Shown here piece by piece: positions 47,601 through 52,241 of a stretch of DNA of 52,241 bases. Position 1 is the first letter of the stretch; each line of letters starts with the position of its first letter. A program made the position numbers and the translations under genes. The stretch lies in the sequence record SRR31156797_1333. One strand, written 5' to 3'. The notes beneath the pieces are model-generated. The model ran no database searches. It saw only the letters and a list, made by a program, of their open reading frames with translations, and was not told the origin of the DNA.

Positions 47601-48344
47601 TTAATAATAATATCTGGATAATACTTCATTTTTAAAAGTGTTCAAATCGTGACAAGAACTCAGTTCTCCGCATACAATATCACAGGAACTACTTCCTTCA
47701 CAAAGACCATTATTGTATTTTGGACATCCATTTACATAGTTAGATTGATTGCCATAGCCTTCACTTTGCCATCTTTCTTCATCGCTTATTGTTCTGTTAG
47801 AACTATTCGAGCTGTTTGTACTTTCATAAGATGTAGAGTTAATTGAGCTAGTATTTTTTCTTGGACCAATATGAGAATTTATGAGTTCCTCCATAGTATG
47901 ATATTTAGGACATTTATGTTTTTGATCTTTTTTAAAATAAGCACAATTCCGAACTATCTTATCAGGATGGAAACATAAATGTTCCGATTTTAATGTGTGA
48001 TCATAATCATCACAATGATATTCAAAAAAATCAATGGCATCTTCCATGGTATATTCTTTTTTTGAGGAACCAGATTCTGATGCTGCACCAATGACTCCAA
48101 GAATGAATATTATAACAATTACTATAATAACAATAGTTCCAAACCCGGCTTGATTAATTTCAATCGTATTTGGATTCTCATTTTTTGCTATTTCAGCTTG
48201 GAGGAATTTATAATCTGTATTAAACGATGATACAGATTCATATGTAGTATTTTCAATTCTAAGTTTGTTGTTAGTTATATTATTTTCACAAACCAAAGCA
48301 ATTGTAAAAACTGTTAATAGAATGAATAAGATTTTAATTTTCAT
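47601..48344 (-). CDS. Hypothetical membrane protein with two Cys-rich clusters
   Basis: N-terminal hydrophobic segment, internal TM, nine Cys after the TM in two clusters separated by a Ser/Asn-rich linker. Confidence 0.65.
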   Translation of the reverse strand: MKIKILFILLTVFTIALVCENNITNNKLRIENTTYESVSSFNTDYKFLQAEIAKNENPNTIEINQAGFGTIVIIVIVIIFILGVIGAASESGSSKKEYTMEDAIDFFEYHCDDYDHTLKSEHLCFHPDKIVRNCAYFKKDQKHKCPKYHTMEELINSHIGPRKNTSSINSTSYESTNSSNSSNRTISDEERWQSEGYGNQSNYVNGCPKYNNGLCEGSSSCDIVCGELSSCHDLNTFKNEVLSRYYY

Positions 48345-48395
48345 ATTTTGTTTTTTAATTTTGATAATTCTTGCTTAGCAAGTAATCTATACGTG

Positions 48396-48830
48396 TTATT
48401 CCATCAATTTTAATCGTTCTTCTCTGCGGAATATAAGTTTAGCAGAGGGCGTGAGACCAATTTCCAATTCGATTTCCTCTAAATCCATGCTGTCAATCTT
48501 CACTTCACCTTTAATGTCAACAGCCTTAAACAGACCAATCAAAATGAAGTTTAGAAATTTATTCTTTTTGGTCTTGCCGAGAATTGCCTTTCGTTCTTCA
48601 TCACTAATAGAGCGTACTTGTTTAAAACGAGCAAATAATCGGGGAAGTAGGGCTATGTCAACATCCAATCGAACCAGAACAAAGCCAGTTTCTTCAATAT
48701 CTGGTTGTGCATCATTCAAGTTCTGAATGCCCTTCTTCAGTTTCTCCTTACTCGAACTTTTAACACTACTCCAAAGTTCCGATCCCTTTTTCTTTGCATC
48801 ATCCATTAAATCATCCAGTGCGTTTGCCAT
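48396..48830 (-). CDS. Hypothetical protein
   Basis: 144-aa ORF co-oriented in the array. Confidence 0.7.
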   Translation of the reverse strand: MANALDDLMDDAKKKGSELWSSVKSSSKEKLKKGIQNLNDAQPDIEETGFVLVRLDVDIALLPRLFARFKQVRSISDEERKAILGKTKKNKFLNFILIGLFKAVDIKGEVKIDSMDLEEIELEIGLTPSAKLIFRREERLKLME

Positions 48831-48896
48831 ATTTTAAATATTTTTCTGTTTCCTCTTATGTCAGTATAATATCTCGTTGAAGAAATACTGCTTAGG

Positions 48897-49460
48897 TTAG
48901 ATTTTACTTATTACATTTTTAAAAATTTCCAGAATGTCATTCAATTCTTTCATACTATTCAAATGGCGATTACCCAAAATAAACAGCTCTCCATTGTCAA
49001 AATGAAAATTGGATACATCATTCTTTATCAAAAGATCTTTTAGTTTCCGATCAGACAAAATTTTCATCATTTTTCTTTCATCGTTGGTTGTAATCAGGTA
49101 TTTGTCGTCAAATTCTTTGTCTCCGATTTCAATTTCATTGTTATTAAAAGTCTTTATTATCTTTTCAATTAGGTCTTCGAAACTTATGTAGAACATAAAA
49201 TCTTTGCATCCGATATCGCATTTAATTCTCAAAAGATGGGTATCCGATTCCTCAAATTTGACCGTATATTTAGCCAAAGGAATCTCCATTCTCAAGCGAC
49301 TAAATGTATGGTCTCTGCTTCTTACTATCTTAAAGGAACCATTGTTTTTTAAAGAAAAATCTTCCCAGATACTATTCTTCTTTTCCACATCAATATATGG
49401 GCTTGCCTCAGGAACAAAGGCACGCATAATTCTTTCTATTTTTAATATCAATTCAGACAT
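48897..49460 (-). CDS. Hypothetical protein
   Basis: 187-aa ORF; contains EIEIGDKEFDDKYLI, a motif common in DUF3137-like proteins. Confidence 0.7.
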   Translation of the reverse strand: MSELILKIERIMRAFVPEASPYIDVEKKNSIWEDFSLKNNGSFKIVRSRDHTFSRLRMEIPLAKYTVKFEESDTHLLRIKCDIGCKDFMFYISFEDLIEKIIKTFNNNEIEIGDKEFDDKYLITTNDERKMMKILSDRKLKDLLIKNDVSNFHFDNGELFILGNRHLNSMKELNDILEIFKNVISKI

Positions 49461-49516
49461 TCTTTGTTTTTATGCTCTTAATGGAATATACAAAATGTGA
49501 TAGTCAGTAATTGTTT

Positions 49517-51304
49517 TTAATTCTGTAACATTTGGCTTATTAACGATACACTAAAAATACTCAACAGAAACCAGCCTAAAAATCCTTCTAGTATAGTAAT
49601 ATACCTTGAAGCTCCTTTTACAGGTATTGCCCCAAAACCAAGTGTAGAAAAAGCATTAACACTAAGTGTTGTGGCATTTAGCGCTCGAATAAATCCCAAA
49701 TAAATAATATAAATTAGAAGAGAAAAGGAAACAGTTAAGCCTACAAATACTTTACGCGCAGGCTTAAGATCTATCCAACGCCCCTGAAGCACTTCAGTTC
49801 TTCGGTAAGTAAACGATAGTAGTTTATGTCTTATAATAGAGAACAAATATAAGGGCTTACCCAACAAAATAATAAAAGTTGGTAATTCGAGCTTGCTCTC
49901 TACCATTTCGTTCTTATAATCGGCGAAAGCTTTTAAATCCTCAATATAATCCTCCATATAAAAATCTTCCAACCTTTGCTCAGAGCGGAAATATTGCATT
50001 ATTTTCCGATGTTGTTTAATCAGGAATGTTCGGTTTATACAATCCCATTCACTATAACAAAAGAAGTACATGCCAGCGAAAACAAGAATGGTCCACATCG
50101 AAATAATCAATGATTGTACTGGATTAGTCCCATATCCTGAAAAATATTTTAGAAATTGATTGAAACGCCAATTGAACCATGTTTTAATGCTTGGATCGTT
50201 TCGGTACAAATGGCGGTATCTTCTGGTCTCCATATCTTTCATTTGTATAAAGCAAGCGTTAGCCGATTCCATATCTCCCTGGGTTCGGTACATCGAGAAA
50301 AACTTTCGATAGGAGCTGTTTAGTTCATTATAAAGATCAACATCCGAAATTAAAGAATCTGTTTTATTGGTTTTGGGAGCTAGTGCATAATCCCCATACA
50401 ATCCTAGACCTACCGAATCCAATTGGTTCCAATGAAAAGATGTATTGTCTTTTGGAAAATTAAATTTCCGAGTCCCAATTGGTAGGTTAAACTTACACTT
50501 GCTAACAGTAAGGTTTTCCTTTACTGAGCATTTAGAAAAGTTCACAATGCTATTTGAAAAATTAATCCCTTTAAAGCTAATTTCATCATATTTACCACCT
50601 ATGAATGTAATAATTGGCTTCACTTCAGTTGGCAATATTTCGCATTCGCTCAAATAAAATTTATCTATATTTTTTTCACTTTGTAGAATTCTGAATAAAT
50701 ACTGATAAGTTTGATTTTCTATTTCAAATCCGTAACGTTGTATAGTTTGTACACGTTTAGAGTCGGTATAGAACGAACAGTTTCTGAATGATAGATTATT
50801 AATTTGTAATTCACAAACGACAGTTCTTTGCAATATAGAACTATACCAAAATTCTAAACTTCCCAAATCTGACTGATGCAAGTCCAACCCTTGATTAAAG
50901 GTGCAATTATAAAGAATAAGTTGACCAGCACCTTCACAATGCCTAAAGGCGATATTATTCTGAAAAATTATATTTCTAACTTGACAGGTTGAATTATCCG
51001 GTAATTTGCAATGATGAATTATAACTGTTGGCAATATCGTCTTTACATTTTTTTTATCACGATCCGAAGGTTTGATACCTCTAGGGTGGATAAAAGAATA
51101 CAAAGAATCTTTAGCGTAATCGAAATATATTTCTGTGTCTTCTAATAAATATAGTTTGTCTTTGCAATTCTCCATCTCAGCAATCCATTCACTTATGGAT
51201 ATTTTTCTTTTGTACTTGTTCTGAGAAAATAGGTGAGTGCTAAAGGCAACATTGCATAACAGAGTTAGGAATAGAATTTTTATTGTCTTATTGGTTTTAA
51301 TCAT
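49517..51304 (-). CDS. Potassium-channel-pore-like (Ion_trans_2) membrane protein with large N-terminal repeat-like domain
   Basis: Signal-like N-terminus, GYGTNP before a TM, C-terminal SVNAFSTLGFG..P...ILEGFLGW pore and inner helix. Start may be 51340. Confidence 0.72.
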   Translation of the reverse strand: MIKTNKTIKILFLTLLCNVAFSTHLFSQNKYKRKISISEWIAEMENCKDKLYLLEDTEIYFDYAKDSLYSFIHPRGIKPSDRDKKNVKTILPTVIIHHCKLPDNSTCQVRNIIFQNNIAFRHCEGAGQLILYNCTFNQGLDLHQSDLGSLEFWYSSILQRTVVCELQINNLSFRNCSFYTDSKRVQTIQRYGFEIENQTYQYLFRILQSEKNIDKFYLSECEILPTEVKPIITFIGGKYDEISFKGINFSNSIVNFSKCSVKENLTVSKCKFNLPIGTRKFNFPKDNTSFHWNQLDSVGLGLYGDYALAPKTNKTDSLISDVDLYNELNSSYRKFFSMYRTQGDMESANACFIQMKDMETRRYRHLYRNDPSIKTWFNWRFNQFLKYFSGYGTNPVQSLIISMWTILVFAGMYFFCYSEWDCINRTFLIKQHRKIMQYFRSEQRLEDFYMEDYIEDLKAFADYKNEMVESKLELPTFIILLGKPLYLFSIIRHKLLSFTYRRTEVLQGRWIDLKPARKVFVGLTVSFSLLIYIIYLGFIRALNATTLSVNAFSTLGFGAIPVKGASRYITILEGFLGWFLLSIFSVSLISQMLQN

Positions 51305-51392
51305 GTTGTTTGTTTTATTGGCTATATTATATGTTGCCATGCATCTGATATTCTTATCAATTGTTTCTTTTTTGCGATTAGTGCTAAATTGC

Positions 51393-52073
51393 CTAAGTAC
51401 TTTTTATTTTATCTTCATCAATCCTATAAACAATAATTTTTTTTGTATCCCAATAGGTCTTCTGTATAAATTTATTTAAGGATTTAAATGTATCAGGTTT
51501 AAACATTCCATTCTTTGTGTGAAATTTTTCATTACGGTAATATACAGTGTGAATCACCGATCCAAAATTGTTAACAAAAGCAAGTACAACATTATTCGGA
51601 ATCGTTTTTTTAAGATTCTTTCTGGGTTTTGTAGTAAACTCAGTAATCTTTACAAAAGAATGATTCAGTATTTTTTCTATCGATTCGCCATCAATGCTTG
51701 TTGTTTTCCTAAAAATATTTTGATTATATGTCTCACTGTTTTCAAAATATTTTTCCAAGGCGTATGAAAAACAATTTTGTATTACCGACTCATCTGAAAG
51801 AATAAAACCTCTGGAAGCAAAATAGCCTTTGTTATTTACATTTTTTACGACTGAAGTGTCAGTTTTTACATCTTGATTCGAAACACTCACTCTTATTGTG
51901 TCATTTAACCATAAAACGTCAATGATCTTAATTTTATCTGTCAATTTTATCGTGTCCAGGGTAGTTGACTTGATAGTAATCGGAGAATGACTTGACAAAT
52001 TCACCTGACAATAAGCTTCAATAAAAATAAAGCTGAAAAGTAATGTGATAATTAAGAATCTAATAAATGTCAT
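51393..52073 (-). CDS. Secreted hypothetical protein, possible papain-like Cys-His fold
   Basis: Signal peptide; QNCFSYALE ... IHTVYY ... FHTKNG. Confidence 0.62.
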   Translation of the reverse strand: MTFIRFLIITLLFSFIFIEAYCQVNLSSHSPITIKSTTLDTIKLTDKIKIIDVLWLNDTIRVSVSNQDVKTDTSVVKNVNNKGYFASRGFILSDESVIQNCFSYALEKYFENSETYNQNIFRKTTSIDGESIEKILNHSFVKITEFTTKPRKNLKKTIPNNVVLAFVNNFGSVIHTVYYRNEKFHTKNGMFKPDTFKSLNKFIQKTYWDTKKIIVYRIDEDKIKST

Positions 52074-52241
52074 ATTATTCTGTATTTGTGTTAATGGCAG
52101 TTTGTTTATATATCTATTTCTTATACAGTCTTTATAAAATTTTATGGGTGATGTACAACTTCCGCCTTATCAAAACCGTATTACGTTTATTGTTTTTGTT
52201 ACATTACCAAGTTGAGCGTCACCGCCCTTTAATTTTAACTT

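Noticed and set aside
433..51767. Numerous 60-115 aa ORFs overlapping longer genes (e.g. 433-636, 8767-9090, 18446-18790, 32490-32810, 39232-39552)
   Set aside because: Antisense or alternate-frame shadows of well-supported genes, with no recognisable motifs.
40352..52073. Canonical integron attC sites between the array genes
   Set aside because: Spacers are short, not similar to each other and lack paired R''/R' and L boxes; isolated heptamers are not significant at this AT content, so only a hypothesis is reported.
1..52241. CRISPR array, rRNA, IS/transposase, integrase or prophage genes
   Set aside because: No regularly spaced repeats and no DDE, tyrosine/serine recombinase or phage structural motifs were seen in any ORF.

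Overview
AT-rich chromosomal window from a Bacteroidota bacterium, most consistent with a Marinifilaceae/Marinilabiliales-like organism (TAnnTTTG -7 promoter boxes, BlaI/BlaR1-TonB genes, pta-ackA). The taxon is an inference. 1-40.3 kb is mostly housekeeping and regulatory: the 5' end of a tRNA, an SDR, a divergent ECF sigma factor apparently fused to an anti-sigma-type tail, YitT, an acyltransferase and a nitrilase-family amidase. It continues with a BlaI-M56/TonB-3x tonB cluster carrying three copies of a palindrome AACTA-N6-TAGTT, a folM-folX-folK-like pterin cluster, an MrfA/YprA(DUF1998)-UvrD helicase pair and a decayed CGGC-domain pseudogene. Next come a TPP riboswitch with thiD, a LytS/LytTR pair, an FAD/Fe-S oxidoreductase with an in-frame palindromic insert, pta-ackA, an orphan propeller histidine kinase, two tandem phosphate butyryltransferases and a twitch-type radical SAM gene. 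40.3-52.2 kb is a train of 14 co-oriented minus-strand accessory genes, mostly membrane or secreted, with a possible recombination-site-like motif at the right edge. No CRISPR array, rRNA, transposase or integrase is visible. All family calls come from motif recognition by eye; no searches were run.
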